A stretch of DNA of 63,932 nt, the filler included, from Octopus bimaculoides (lineage: Eukaryota): NCBI RefSeq assembly GCF_001194135.2. It is 6 parts of 4 records of this genome, joined end to end, with 100 filler letters (N's around TTAATTAATTAA, not from the genome) between each part and the next. Parts side by side here need not be neighbours in the genome. Positions count along the whole stretch, not along the records: positions 1 to 19,121 come from NC_068995.1; 5 more parts are not named here. The stretch is one strand, 5' to 3'. The first letter of the stretch is position 1. The number at the start of each line of letters is the position of its first letter. The translations under genes were made by a program, and so were the position numbers. Below the pieces are notes generated by a model that made no database searches, was not told the origin of the DNA, and saw only the letters and a program-made list of their open reading frames with translations. Of the stretch, positions 1 to 15,099 are shown piece by piece.

Positions 1-266
1 AAAAAAAAAAGCAACATAAACAGCCAAGCATAGCACAACTGAAAAAGAAAAAGAGAACAAATATAAAAAGAGAAACACTTCAGAAATGCATGCCCTCAAC
101 TTGCCATTAAGCAACATCTAAAATCGTCAATCTCACTGCAATTGTTAGGTTTTATAATCATCTTCTTTGATCATTTTTCCATGGAGACTACATATTGTTT
201 CAACAGTGAACACTGCACGACTACTAACAACAGCAGCAACAACAACAACAACGACGACAACAACTG

Positions 267-322
<56 letters not shown>

Positions 323-2823
323 TGCTGTTGCTGTTGCTGTTGCTATTGTTGTTGTTGCTACTACACAGAAATCCACAGTCAGGCAAAACGTATCTTTACG
401 CAGTCATATCTTTGCGTCCCTTAATGTTTGAGTTCAAATCCCGACTTCGACCACTTGTAATGATTTCGGTTTTAATACTCATCGCTACTCCCTCGTCTTG
501 ATTGAAAAGGAGAAGTGTGTACTTGGAGGCGGTGGGGATGTCCTTTCAATTGAGTCCTATGTTCCTTNNNNNNNNNNNNNNNNNNNNNNNNNNNNNNNNN
601 NNNNNNNNNNNNNNNNNNNTATATATATATATATATATATATATATGCGTACACGCACGCACTTACACACATCCGCGCGCGCACAGAAACATATTTACAT
701 ACACACATGCATACACACATACATTCAGTCATACATGCAAGCATACATGCATGCACACATACGTACATACACATACATGCACATACATGCATACATACAT
801 ACACATATATACGTACGTACATGCATACAGATAGACATACAGAGATATCTATTTATCTATCTGTCTGTCTATGTATATTTATATGCGTGTATGTATGTAT
901 GCAAAATTATCTTTTCAGATTTTCTGCAGAAATCAGCGTCCGCCAGCACCGACTTATTACGATACTTCGTATACGAATACGTCTACATAGACAATGCGAT
1001 CGAAGGTAGAAAATAGGTGATGGGTGTATATTCATATTTCAGGAGTTCTTACCCTTTCTTCAGTCTCACATCCAACCCATTAGCCATCCACAAACACATT
1101 GCTTAAATAACCACCAAATATAGCGGCGTAACACAATTGGATATACCAATTTTTACATATTTAACACATTCCTGGCAACTGGTTTGTACGTACTAATTGC
1201 TTGCAGGGACACCGAATTTCGTTATGCAACTATAATATATTAGCCTACCAGTTTAATACAAACATCCTTATCCTCTGCCAATACTTTGTCCCGAATTGCT
1301 AGTGGTGTATCGACTCCGAAAGAACGAAAAGGAAAATCGACCTCATCAGGATTTGAACTCAAAGCGCAGAGAATCGGAACCAGTTAATCATATACTTCAC
1401 CACAAACTTAATCGAAGCGGAGACAAAAACAATATTTGCTGTGTCGCAGTGTCGCAGTGATACGTACGGATACGAACCCCAATTTTTTTTTTATCTCACC
1501 CATTGTTACGTGACACTCCCTTAACCATTCAGTTGTACAACACGCCCTGTCAAAGCGGTAAGAAATAATTTATCTTTACCAATATTTTGTTCCTATATGA
1601 GACTGGAAAAAACTGATCAAGCAAGATATTAACGTTAGTGTATATACGTTTACTTGATTCATGGATATTTGATTGTATTTCGAGTGCCAGAATATCTAGA
1701 GACTGGTTTGTTTTATATTTCTTTCTCTAGCTCTTCTCATTTAATATCTGAACAACATAATAATTCTTGTGGATCAGAGAATTTCGTTCTTTTGAAGTGG
1801 CAAATAAAATGAGAAAATACAAGAGAAAAAAAATATATATATAAATAGAAATAAAATTAAAAAAAAAGAACAAAGAAAGAGAAGAAAAGAAAGCAAAAAC
1901 AATCAGAGAATTTATAAATAAAACTAAACGTGGTTAGGAGCGTGCGTTAATATTTTATCCCATAAACTACAAAATTTCCGAACCGTCCGCAATGTACCAT
2001 CGCCTAGTAGTAGTAGTAGTAGTAGTAGTTGCTGGTATACATACATACATACATACACATGTATATGTATATAATATGCACACTCACACACGCACGCACA
2101 TACACACACATGCCCACCCCCACACATATAAGCATATAAGCTTTTGGATTGTCCAACGGTCTCTCTCTCCATCTATCCCTTTGTATATACATGTACGTAT
2201 ACACACACACACACACTTATGTATCTATACGTACATACACGCATATAAGTCACATACATTTATACATATGCATATGTATGTGTATATATTGTGTCTATAT
2301 ATAGACACACACGCACACACTCACATATATATACATACATCTGTTCGCACAATATGTACGTGCATAAACTAGTGAAATAACTGCTGGAGAAGAAAGCTGT
2401 TCTTTGACACCTCCTTCGTATCCACAAAAATCTTAGATAAGGTTACGAAAGGTTGTCGGTTATTGTATCTTCACAAAAACTGCGCAATATTAGACTGCAG
2501 GCAAATGTGAAGAATGTTAGTCTTTGATGTCACCATATACAGTCTCCACAGTAATAACTGTGAACTGCGAGAAGAAATAATGCTTGGAATATGGTTCTGT
2601 ATACTGCGCGAGAGTTATGTAGACATGTGTTTGTAATGGGCAGCATTGTTCAGCCGAAAACTGCTCCTGAGATTAACCCCTGCTGATCGATGTACATACT
2701 GATTGAGTCTCCCACTTTCTCTGTCGGATACCCTCTCTTTAATTCTTTCCTTCCATCCATCCATCCATCTATCCATCCATCCATCCATCCATCCATCTAT
2801 CTATCTATCTATCTATCTACCCC

Positions 2824-2871
<48 letters not shown>

Positions 2872-3091
2872 TTCAACGATAAATGAACCAGTAATCAAAT
2901 GCAACCCAACACTTTGTGCGTGATATGATAAATCTCTCACACACCAGCAAAATCTAGATATAAATTATTGTTTGCTACCGCAGTTTCCATACGGTCCTAT
3001 CTATGTTGTACAGGACATAGCTGTATGTATGTATGTATGTATGTATGTATGTATGTATGTATGTATGTATGTATGTATGTATGTATGAATG

Positions 3092-3144
<53 letters not shown>

Positions 3145-3260
3145 GTATATGTATGTATGTATGCGCGTTCGCGGGTCTGCAGGCGTATGTATGTCCATCC
3201 ACCTTTCGATACCTCTATCCATTTATCCCCATATCCATTGATATAACAATNNNNNNNNNN

Positions 3261-3309
<49 letters not shown>

Positions 3310-4790
3310 GAACACACACACACAGGTATATTCACAGCTCATTGTCTACATTTATATATTTTACATCAATATTACTCATAACAACCTCACCAAATGTTTA
3401 ATAAATTATAGAGCAACTCCAATTAATAAATACGTCAATAGACGAATTAAGATACACAACGCGAGGTTCATATTCGGGTGGTTACTACATGAATGGCACC
3501 TTGGCACTTCAAATATGTAACTTAAATCTCTTTCTTATAAGAACGACTGTATATAAACGCGTTTGCTTTATTCACTTTGCACGTTCCGATTGCTTTATAT
3601 TGAACGCGCGTGGCCGCCTGCTATTTTTTTTAAATGAGAATGTGTTTCTCTCAACATAAGCTGAAGACGCGAATATGTAAAAGCCTCGAGACGTTTCGAA
3701 TCTTCACATGCTTCCCAGTTCAGTCCCCCTGCATGACACATTCTACTATGCTACTGGATCTACTTCAGGAGTTCCATAGTGTCCGTAGAGTCTATATAGA
3801 TTAGAGACAGAAAATGAAATGCACGAGATTCTTTATATTATATATATNNNNNNNNNNNNNNNNNNNNNNNNNNNNNNNNNNNNNNNNNNNNNNNNNNNNN
3901 NNNNNNNNNNNNNNNNNNNNNNNNNNNNNNNNNNNNNNNNNNNNNNNNNNNNNNNNNNNNNNNNNNNNNNNNNNNNNNNNNNNNNNNNNNNNNNNNNNNN
4001 NNNNNNNNNNNNNNNNNNNNNNNNNNNNNNNNNNNNTATATGTGTGTGTGTGTATACATACACCCACGTGTACTCGCGCACGCACACACACACATACACA
4101 CACAAGTACATACATATATACATATATTTATGTAATATATGTATGGGTATGTTTGTTTGTGTCTGTATGTATGTAGTATGTATGTGTGTGCGTGTGTGCG
4201 TGCGTGTGTGTGTTTCTATGTGTTTGCGTATGTGTGAGTAGTTTTAAATTGAAAGGGGCTCTTCTATTCAAAGTATATGCAAGGTATGAAGTTAAACAGG
4301 TATTTGAGCGTCGTAACAAAAGGGATTTTAATGAAATAAAGTTTTTATTACTTGTTTCCTAAGATATTTCAATCTAAATAAACTCTTTTTCAAAAGAATC
4401 ACTGGAACACAATAAGCAACAAACAACAACAACAACAACAAAAGAGTTAGAAAAAAAGTAAAACATTGATAAACTTGTTAACCGTTGGCTATCGAAGCAC
4501 TGTTGAGAGCCTTCCAATTTAATTTCTGCAAAGAGTTTCCTATTAGTTTGGTCTGTACAGTGTTCGATCACCTATAATCCTTGTTTTCTTGATCAGGTGA
4601 TGCGTAACAGGATCTACCACAGTACTTTAGGTTTGTAATATATATAAAAAGAAAAAGTTAGTGTTTACGACAGGTTAATGACAATTTCTCGTTTTCATAA
4701 CATCTTTTCTGAAACGGGTTAAAAAAAAACAGCCAATCAGCTGAATCCTTGCAGAAAATAATACACACATGCATACGTACATCGATACAG

Positions 4791-4871
<81 letters not shown>

Positions 4872-5093
4872 CGTGTGTGTGTGTGTATCTATAGCGGTCT
4901 CACAGATATTTTGATTAAACGTAATATAGCTTTTAAATTAACCTCCCACGTATTCGAAGTGTTGTTATACGTGTTTGTAGTTGAACATAACTTTGAACGT
5001 CGTAACAATGTGGTTTTAATAATGCAGCGTTTTATTACTTTTCTCTCTATGATATTCGGATCTAAACAGATCATTTTCAAATAATGCAGTAGC

Positions 5094-5126
<33 letters not shown>

Positions 5127-5437
5127 GGAAAAAGAAGTATAATCAGAAGAGACAGTGATTCATGATCCCTGATTCCTGCCGTTGACTTTCAATGCAGGTC
5201 TGAAAGAGTCTAAAGTCAAAACTGCTGCTTGGAGGCTACGACCAAACTCTGGTTCCAGCATTTAGACACCAACTATCTTTGTTTAACTGTATCTACCACA
5301 GTTTTTTTTTGCTTTTGTTGTTATTCGTAAAAACTTGGCTTTCACGACTGATTCATGACAATCATTTTCAAATGATTTTTGTTTTCTCAGCGAAGCAAAT
5401 AATAACCAAACGGCTGAACTATTGGACCAAAATAAGA

Positions 5438-5492
<55 letters not shown>

Positions 5493-5860
5493 CAACAACA
5501 ACAATGATCAGCTCATAAAGAATAAGCTCAGAATCATCTCGGCAAGATTTAGTATGAGTTTTAAATTGGTTTGTGAAAGATTTGAAGCGTTGTACTACAT
5601 GGAGTAGAATAGAAATTTGAACGTGGCAACAGTTCGAGTTTAATAAAGCAATGTTTTATTGCTACTTTTCGATGATATTTCGATCAAAATAGATTTTTTT
5701 TCTTTCAAATGGAACAAATGATAAAAGGTGATAAATTTTGTGTGTGTGTGTGTGAATATACACTGAATATAGAAGGACTAAAGACCACAGTCAGGGTCAC
5801 GCTGTGCATTAACTGAAATAGCGAGTTGATGTTGACTTGTTTAGAAACGACATACGTAGT

Positions 5861-6118
5861 TACCGTCTCGAGTAACACCGACTCATAAGGGCCGGTTTCC
5901 TGGTTTCCCGGTTTCCCGGTTTCATGGCGTATGTATTTCCCACTTGGACGAGACGCCGGTCCGTCGCTGAATTATTCATTTTTGCCAGTTGAGTGGACGA
6001 GTAACGTGAAATAAAGTGTTTTGCTCAAGAACACAACGCGTCACCCGAACCAAGAATCGAAACAACAATGTTACGATCATGAGTCGAACGCTTTAACCAC
6101 TAAGCCATGCGCCTCCAC
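5861..6118 (-). mobile_element. tRNA-derived SINE (family B) with an 11-bp target-site duplication
   Basis: Minus-strand head GTGGAGGCGCATGGCTTAGTGGTTAAAGCG...GTTTCGATTC (A and B boxes); ACATACGTAGT at 5850-5860 and 6119-6129. Confidence 0.85.
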
Positions 6119-6559
6119 ACATACGTAGTGAGGAAAAGGAATAATTAACTTAATGATTAATTCTGGTTAAGAAAAGCAAGGTGGATAAATCCGAAATTTT
6201 AAATAAGAAAAACTAATTATAAGAGACTTTACAAAGTTTATATAAATCTTTAAAGCGTAGAAATATAAGTGAAAAATACAAAAATAGACCCTCCCCACAA
6301 AAAAAGACCACGAAGAAGTGTACGATGAAGCTTGATACCCCAAAGGTAGAAATAGATGAGAATCTGACGTTTCAGGTGATAATTTTTATTAAACAGAAGC
6401 AAAATATGAATAGAGAAGAGAATTCAGAGGCTCGAAAAATGCAGAAAACCAAAAAATGACATCTGGTCGCGTAGCAGAATGAAGGAATACAACTGTAAAG
6501 TAATAGGCAAGTAAGAATTACTGACATGTATATATAGTAACCCTTTGTCTAAAGAAAAT

Positions 6560-7680
6560 CTAATAAAGATAAGGAAAAACAAAAAAGGAAACGGACAAAA
6601 TGCAAAACTCAATGCATTAAATATTGTGGCGGAATAGAATGAAGGTAAGTTAAGTCAGTTTCGGAAAGAACCACGTTGTTAAGACAGAAGGCTGTTGAAA
6701 GGGGAAAGAAAATGGAAGGATGAAAGGTGTTCAGGTGTGGAACATACTGGAGTGATGGATAGCTAGCAGTGATGAAGTGAAGAGGTTGCGTTTAGTAACG
6801 AGAGAAGAATAAAACAATTGTGACAGGCGGACGTGGCAGAAGTTAAGTTGGTTAAGGGAAATATGCATGAGGTATATGCATGTTTGTGTGTGTTGTATAA
6901 GGTAATATACTGAAATAAAATATTGTGTGAGGTATATTTGTACGAGATATGGTTGTATGTATGTGTGTGTGTGTGTGTGCGTATGCGTGCGTGTGTATGT
7001 GTGTATGTACGTGCGTGTGTGCGTAGGCAGGTAAAGAAATGTGTGTTTGTGCGATTAACAAGGCAAGGCGTTTATGTGACTGGAATAATACGTTTCTGGT
7101 AAAGATAATCGTTGAGAGATGCAAGGAAATGTGATCGCAAACAGAGAAACACTGGGGTCAGTAAAACTTTCTGGCTGTAATGTAAAACATGGAGAAGGTC
7201 GATGAAAATAGGTATAGTGTAATTAAAACATCCAGGGATAAAAGTGTGTCTGCATGATATCTCAGTATAGATAATAGTCACATAAGGCACATCAAAAAAT
7301 GACAACGAAAATCAAAGTTCAAAGTCAATGCATTAAACGCCGTAGGGAAAGAGAAAGGCAGAAAAAGTGACGTTTCAGAGAAAAGCTCTTCACCAAGGCA
7401 GAAAAACTGAGATGAAAGGGAAGATGACCCGAAAAGAAAAGTGGAAAGGCAAGAGATGTTTGTTCATTGCTGCACTATTTTGGAATGGTGAAAGTGAAGA
7501 AATTATTTTTACCAGGACCGGAGTACAAAACAGATAAGCGTGAAAACTGGACGGGGAAAAGGTAGGTTGGTTAAGAAAAAAAGTATGCATGAGTTATCTT
7601 CAAGCGTGTATGTGTGTGTGTGTAGCATAAGGTAGTATAATGAAATAAAAAATATGTGTGAATTATGTTTGTGTGCGTAG
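6560..7680 (+). repeat. Old direct duplication with a period of about 720 bp
   Basis: TCAATGCATTAAA at 6609/7325, GTTGGTTAAG at 6847/7566, TGAAATAAAA at 6911/7641, with weaker similarity in between. Confidence 0.6.
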
Positions 7681-7734
7681 TGAGCAAGAGAAGCAAAGAG
7701 GTGTGCCAGCGTGATGAGTGAGACAAGGTACTAG

Positions 7735-7820
<86 letters not shown>

Positions 7821-8713
7821 TTGTAGGGGATGATATGAATGAATGGTGAAGTAAATGACGTGAATTATATATGAAATGTGTTTATAAGAAGGTGTGTGTA
7901 GATGAAGAGAACGAAATGTTTGGTGAAGTGAATGAAGTAAATTGGGTATGAAGTGTGCCTAAGTAGATGTGTGTGTGTGTGTAAAAGAAGCAAATTATGT
8001 ATGAAGTATGTTTAAATAATTGTGGTGTATGCGTTTCTCTGTGTGTGTGTGTGTGTGTGTGTGTCTGTGTGCACGTATGTGTGTGAGGAAGAAAATAAAC
8101 GTGAATGTGTGAGCAAAAGGATGCTTTTGTCTTGAGTGTATAAGTGGAAAATGAAGATTAAAATATGTGAATGTGTTTGAATGTGTGTGCGTGTGTACGT
8201 GTGTGTGTGTGAATGTGTTGCTTTATTGAAAAGGAAATAAATGTGAATGAAATGTAATAAACGATGTAAATTAAAACTNNNNNNNNNNNNNNNNNNNNNN
8301 NNNNNNNNNNNNNNNNNNNNNNNNNNNNNNNNNNNNNNNNNNNNNNNNNNNNNNNNNNNNNNNNNNNNNNNNNNNNNNNNNNNNNNNNNNNNNNNNNNNN
8401 NNNNNNNNNNNNNNNNNNNNNNNNNNNNNNNNNNNNNNNNNNNNNNNNNNNNNNNNNNNNNNNNNNNNNNNNNNNNNNNNNNNNNNNNNNNNNNNNNNNN
8501 NNNNNNNNNNNNNNNNNNNNNNNNNNNNNNNNNNNNNNNNNNNNNNNNNNNNNNNNNNNNNNNNNNNNNNNNNNNNNNNNNNNNNNNNNNNNNNNNNNNN
8601 NNNNNNNNNNNNNNNNNNNNNNNNNNNNNNNNNNNNNNNNNNNNNNNNNNNNNNNNNNNNNNNNNNNNNNNNNNNNNNNNNNNNNNNNNNNNNNNNNNNN
8701 NNNNNNNNNNNNN

Positions 8714-8764
<51 letters not shown>

Positions 8765-8916
8765 AATATATATATATATATATATGTGTATTTTGAAAAT
8801 CTAATGTGAAACCGGTGAAGTGTATTCCTATATTGTAAAATATAATTAAATTCCTCATAATTTCTATATATTCTCTATGGATTTTCGCCTTCATTTCTTC
8901 TATTCCCCACCTTGAT

Positions 8917-8977
<61 letters not shown>

Positions 8978-10875
8978 CACAAACCCACCCATCCAACCAT
9001 CCATCCACCCATCCAACCATCCATCCACCCATCCAACCATCCATCCACCCATCCAACCATCCATCTATCAACCCATCCATCCACCCACCCACCCGTCCGT
9101 CCGTCCGTCCGTTTATCACTATAATCCAATGGCGTACAAATGTCTCTTTATGGCGACCTCATTTGTCACGCCATCTACTTGCGAATCCTGAGGCGACAAA
9201 AGTGTGGCGACCTGTGCAGACCTAAACTACTGGAAGCGCACAGTAAGTCACAGCTTTTGTCTGTCATCTATGTGTCAAACCATGCAAATGCGTATTGGGA
9301 CCGAATAGTTATCTGGAAGGACATGGATGGAGAATCGGAAATGCCATCGACAACGAGAAGACACAAAGAGGCGACAATCGTCTGCGAAGATGGCGCAATC
9401 ATCATATATACAGACATTCCCACAAACACACTCATGTACATGTGTATGCTTGTGTGTTTGTGTGTGTGAGTGTGAATTTTCACGCAGTAAATTTTTGCCG
9501 ATGCAATCAAGAGAGTGTGGATGAAAAAAGAAAATGAGGCCGACCATGCTTCATCCCCTGAAGTACATTGCATGACACTAATTTTACATGTCAACCAACT
9601 TGAGATACTTTTCCTCTGCTAACCCTGACAAACTTCTGGTAAATATATCTTCCGAAACATATCGCAGTAATATTGTACGGAAGCTAACTGACGTTGTAAG
9701 AATTGTGAAAGAATGATTGGACGGCCAGAAAATTATTGGCAACTGATTTGACCTATAGATCACAGATCCTGACATTAAAGTTGAAAATTTAACCCGCTCA
9801 TGTGGACGTTGCTTATCAGTAGATCTGCCCAGTGGCTTACAACACATAAATATATTAAGAATGGTTTCATTTACGAACAACTAAACCAGTTTTGCATAAT
9901 ATACTTCAGATAAATATGTTGTTACATACTGTCTGGTGCTGGTTAATAAACAAGCCAGTCATTTGCTTATTCGGCAAAATAATTTTTTCCTTTCACTTTT
10001 AGAGCATCTGAAAGAATTCTCGCATTACGGTATCTGTTCTAGTTATTTACGTTCAGAGTTCAAATCCCACCGATGTCAAATTTGGCTTTCATCTTTTGTG
10101 GATCGATAAAATAAAGTACCAAATAAATACTGAGGTTGATATTGTTAACAGTTTCTTGCTCACCGCAAATCTGAGATCTTGTGCCATGTAAGAAATCAAT
10201 ATTATTCTATCAGTATTGCAGATGATGTTTAACAAAAGCCTAAACACGGACCGATGTGATATCAATCTCCACCTAAATACATTTCACCTCTTCTTATATT
10301 GACGATTCTCTTGGAAAAGACACACATGTCATATATAGTTTCTATAACAGGACAGCGCTATTTAGTGTTTTGCTTTCTGGCGGCCTTCTGACTTCAAGTC
10401 TACTTCGGCGACAAACTTAACCCAGTGACTCGGTTTTGGTATCTTGGTGCCTTTAGCAGATTCCATTCTGTTGCACCGCTGAAGGTGGAGGGGCAGCCAC
10501 GTCGAAAACGGTAGAGGAGTAGGAGCCGAAACCGGACAAGGTTCCTCCTGATGATGTCTTCAACCACTGGATCCTATAAAGGAGCTGTTGAGGTAGCGAA
10601 CAAGGAAACGTGGTTGGAATTCCTCAGATTTTAGAAGAACAGTCATGAGGAGAAAACAGAAATTTAATTTAAAGCCGTTGTGATTAAACACGATTATATT
10701 TTGACACTCGTCGTACTTCCCTCGGTAAATTCCAACAACTTAAATGTGTTTTGCAGTTTTTATCCAAGATTAAAACCAGTCATGTTCATGTACACTGATA
10801 ATGTTTTTGGGAGAAGACATAGATTTCATATGACCCCTTTCATTTTTTACTTTTTAAAAGTGATTTTAAGGTATA

Positions 10876-10925
<50 letters not shown>

Positions 10926-11830
10926 TAATAATAGAGTTGGGTTTCTTTTCTTTTTTATACATTTTTTAAAATCATAATANNNNNNNNNNNNNNNNNNNNN
11001 NNNNNNNNNNNNNNNNNNNNNNNNNNNNNNNNNNNNNNNNNNNNNNNNNNNNNNNNNNNNNNNNNNNNNNNNNNNNNNNNNNNNNNNNNNNNNNNNNNNN
11101 NNNNNNNNNNNNNNNNNNNNNNNNNNNNNNNNNNNNNNNNNNNNNNNNNNNNNNNNNNNNNNNNNNNNNNNNNNNNNNNNNNNNNNNNNNNNNNNNNNNN
11201 NNNNNNNNNNNNNNNNNNNNNNNNNNNNNNNNNNNNNNNNNNNNNNNNNNNNNNNNNNNNNNNNNNNNNNNNNNNNNNNNNNNNNNNNNNNNNNNNNNNN
11301 NNNNNNNNNNNNNNNNNNNNNNNNNNNNNNNNNNNNNNNNNNNNNNNNNNNNNNNNNNNNNNNNNNNNNNNNNNNNNNNNNNNNNNNNNNNNNNNNNNNN
11401 NNNNNNNNNNNNNNNNNNNNNNNNNNNNNNNNNNNNNNNNNNNNNNNNNNNNNNNNNNNNNNNNNNNNNNNNNNNNNNNNNNNNNNNNNNNNNNNNNNNN
11501 NNNNNNNNNNNNNNNNNNNNNNNNNNNNNNNNNNNNNNNNNNNNNNNNNNNNNNNNNNNNNNNNNNNNNNNNNNNNNNNNNNNNNNNNNNNNNNNNNNNN
11601 NNNNNNNNNNNNNNNNNNNNNNNNNNNNNNNNNNNNNNNNNNNNNNNNNNNNNNNNNNNNNNNNNNNNNNNNNNNNNNNNNNNNNNNNNNNNNNNNNNNN
11701 NNNNNNNNNNNNNNNNNNNNNNNNNNNNNNNNNNNNNNNNNNNNNNNNNNNNNNNNNNNNNNNNNNNNNNNNNNNNNNNNNNNNNNNNNNNNNNNNNNNN
11801 NNNNNNNNNNNNNNNNNNNNNNNNNNNNNA

Positions 11831-11854
11831 GTGGTGATAATAACCCTGATGACG

Positions 11855-11927
<73 letters not shown>

Positions 11928-11940
11928 TGATAATAATAAT

Positions 11941-11990
<50 letters not shown>

Positions 11991-12041
11991 TGGTGGTGAC
12001 GATGATGATGATGATATTAATGAATAATAGTAATAATAATG

Positions 12042-12120
<79 letters not shown>

Positions 12121-12320
12121 TGTTGATGATAAAAAATTATCAAGTCGATTGATGATGGTAATGCTGATGATGACTTTGGTTGATGAGGGAGACGAGTATG
12201 GTGGGAATGATGAGAACGACTGCAACAATAACAACAACAAATAGCAACGAAAACGAGTGAAATAATTCCTGTAGTAGTAATAATAAATGCAGCAACAACA
12301 ACAACAACAACAACAATTAC
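11831..12320. repeat. Long (AAT/GAT/AAC)n microsatellite array, representative of window-wide SSRs
   Basis: Directly visible. Comparable (CA)n, (TA)n, (GA)n, (ATCT)n, (TATG)n, (ACT)n and (TTC)n runs occur throughout and border most N gaps. Confidence 0.97.
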
Positions 12321-12357
12321 AAAAACAACATTTATAATAAACGCCGACAACTGTTTC

Positions 12358-12388
<31 letters not shown>

Positions 12389-13287
12389 CCTATATATATA
12401 CCTATATATATATACCTATATAAATATACACACTCATGCATACACACACTCACATATCTTCCCCTCTCCCTTTATATATATTTATATATATATACATACA
12501 TACATACATATATATACACACACACACACATATATATATACATGTACATACATACATATATGCACACACACACACACACACACATACACACACACACTGT
12601 GAGCAGCAAAGCAGATCATCCCTGTCAGTAATACCGAAAATCAATATTGCTGTCACACTTTCATGACAAGAAAAAAAAAATATCAACAATATAAATAAAT
12701 TAATAAAACCAAACGACTACAAAAAAAAAATAATAATAATAACACCCACACACACACACACACACAGAACAAAAAGAAAGGAAGAAAAAACAACAACTAT
12801 GAAACACAAACAAAGACGCAAACAAACAAAGCTCAGAAACTTAACAGTTAACAAACACAAGCAAATACACTTTCGCTGACACACAGAGAAAATGACAAAC
12901 ACAAATATAAAGAATGAATGAAAATGCTTTTTATCCGAAAACGGTACAGAACCACAGTGGAACTCTTTCTCAACGTTACGTTTACTATTCAGAACGCATG
13001 GATTGTGCTGTCGTAATATCACTGCTGGTATTCAGCCTACGTCAGCTAATTACTCTGGACTTTATTGTGTATTTTTTTTCGCTCATGTGTATTCTGGGTG
13101 AATGAATGAATGAATGAAAGAAAAGAAAGCGGCTTTTTTTTTTCATACACAGTACCATCTCTTTCGACCACAACAATAATACGTTATTGCCTCCAACGAA
13201 TTCTAATATCATCTGAAAACAACATTCTCATTCATAGCTTTTTCTTTTTCACCCCATCTTTTATTCTTTTCTTCCTCTTTTTCTCTG

Positions 13288-13347
<60 letters not shown>

Positions 13348-13870
13348 GTTATTATTATTAGTTATTCATTTTTATTCGGTGTGAGTATGTTTGGTCTCTT
13401 TCTGAAAAGGCAGATTCTCTTAATTGATCAGGTTGCCTATAAACACACNNNNNNNNNNNNNNNNNNNNNNNNNNNNNNNNNNNNNNNNNNNNNNNNNNNN
13501 NNNNNNNNNNNNNNNNNNNNNNNNNNNNNNNNNNNNNNNNNNNNNNNNNNNNNNNNNNNNNNNNNNNNNNNNNNNNNNNNNNNNNNNNNNNNNNNNNNNN
13601 NNNNNNNNNNNNNNNNNNNNNNNNNNNNNNNNNNNNNNNNNNNNNNNNNNNNNNNNNNNNNNNNNNNNNNNNNNNNNNNNNNNNNNNNNNNNNNNNNNNN
13701 NNNNNNNNNNNNNNNNNNNNNNNNNNNNNNNNNNNNNNNNNNNNNNNNNNNNNNNNNNNNNNNNNNNNNNNNNNNNNNNNNNNNNNNNNNNNNNNNNNNN
13801 NNNNNNNNNNNNNNNNNNNNNNNNNNNNNNNNNNNNNNNNNNNNNNNNNNNNNNNNNNNNNNNNNNNNNN

Positions 13871-13903
<33 letters not shown>

Positions 13904-13932
13904 AAAGAAGTCAAGGTTCCTTTTCAACCTTC

Positions 13933-13974
<42 letters not shown>

Positions 13975-14565
13975 ACCATACACATGCATAACCTATTTAT
14001 ACATACTTGAATGCTCGTATATATCTCTGTATTTATATGCATGTGTCTCTGTCTGTCTTTCATATATTCCTGTTTATGCCCGTAGATACATATATTTTCC
14101 TAATAGAAATTTATATGTTAACGAGCACTCACATGCATACATAAACGCGCGCACACCGACGCACCCAAACACTTTCACAGACCGGCTACATACACAGACA
14201 TACATACAGACCTCTTTCTTTCTTTTTCCTTTCTCTCTGAGTGTTTATCTGTCTGTCTGTCTGTCTGCTTGTCTCTGTCTATCTGTATCTCTCTTTCTCT
14301 CTCTCTCCATACACACATATATTTACATTGCTGGGATGAGATTTCTCCGTTACTACTCTGAGCTTCGTAAAAATCGCCGATGATAATGTAACTGATTTTA
14401 ATATCTTATATATGATCTTTGTAATAAAATCGATATGTTGGGTAATCATTGAAAAAAGAAAAAAGAAAGAATATGAAGAAAAAATAGTGTAAGTACACAT
14501 ATAACAGAATATATACCAATATACACACACACACACATNNNNNNNNNNNNNNNNNNNNNNNNNNN

Positions 14566-14613
<48 letters not shown>

Positions 14614-15099
14614 TGTCACACACACACACGCGTATTTATATTCGCACATACATATACGTAAAGATAATACACATCTATGTTGAAATATCCCTTTTACATA
14701 TTCTAACCATCTTCACATCTATTACGTATTTTCATATTTAGTACCAATCACGACTAGTTTACACTCTGGCAGCTATTGGAGGAGAATGAGTACTCTACTT
14801 TTTAAGTATATATTTTTTAAAAATATGTTAGTTTGCAACGCTTATCTTTATATAAAAGTGTTTTTTGATAACAAGTTATTTTACTCAAATGTTTAAATGT
14901 AGCTTATATTTCTTAATAAATTGCTTTTTATTCTCATGTAATCATTGTTGCTGTGGTTGACTCTGAGCATTTATAAGCTGGAGGTATATTGAAATTAGGT
15001 AGATTCATTCTTGCACATAAAATTTCTATATGTTCACTTAACGGAATTTTTCTGATATTTTCGGAATTGATTTTGTTGTCGTTGCAGTGTCATTCGTTT

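Noticed and set aside
9584-9880. 98-aa minus-strand ORF as a possible erg exon 2
   Set aside because: No PAS motifs (IIANA, YCNDGF, FLHG) in any frame, and no recognisable family.
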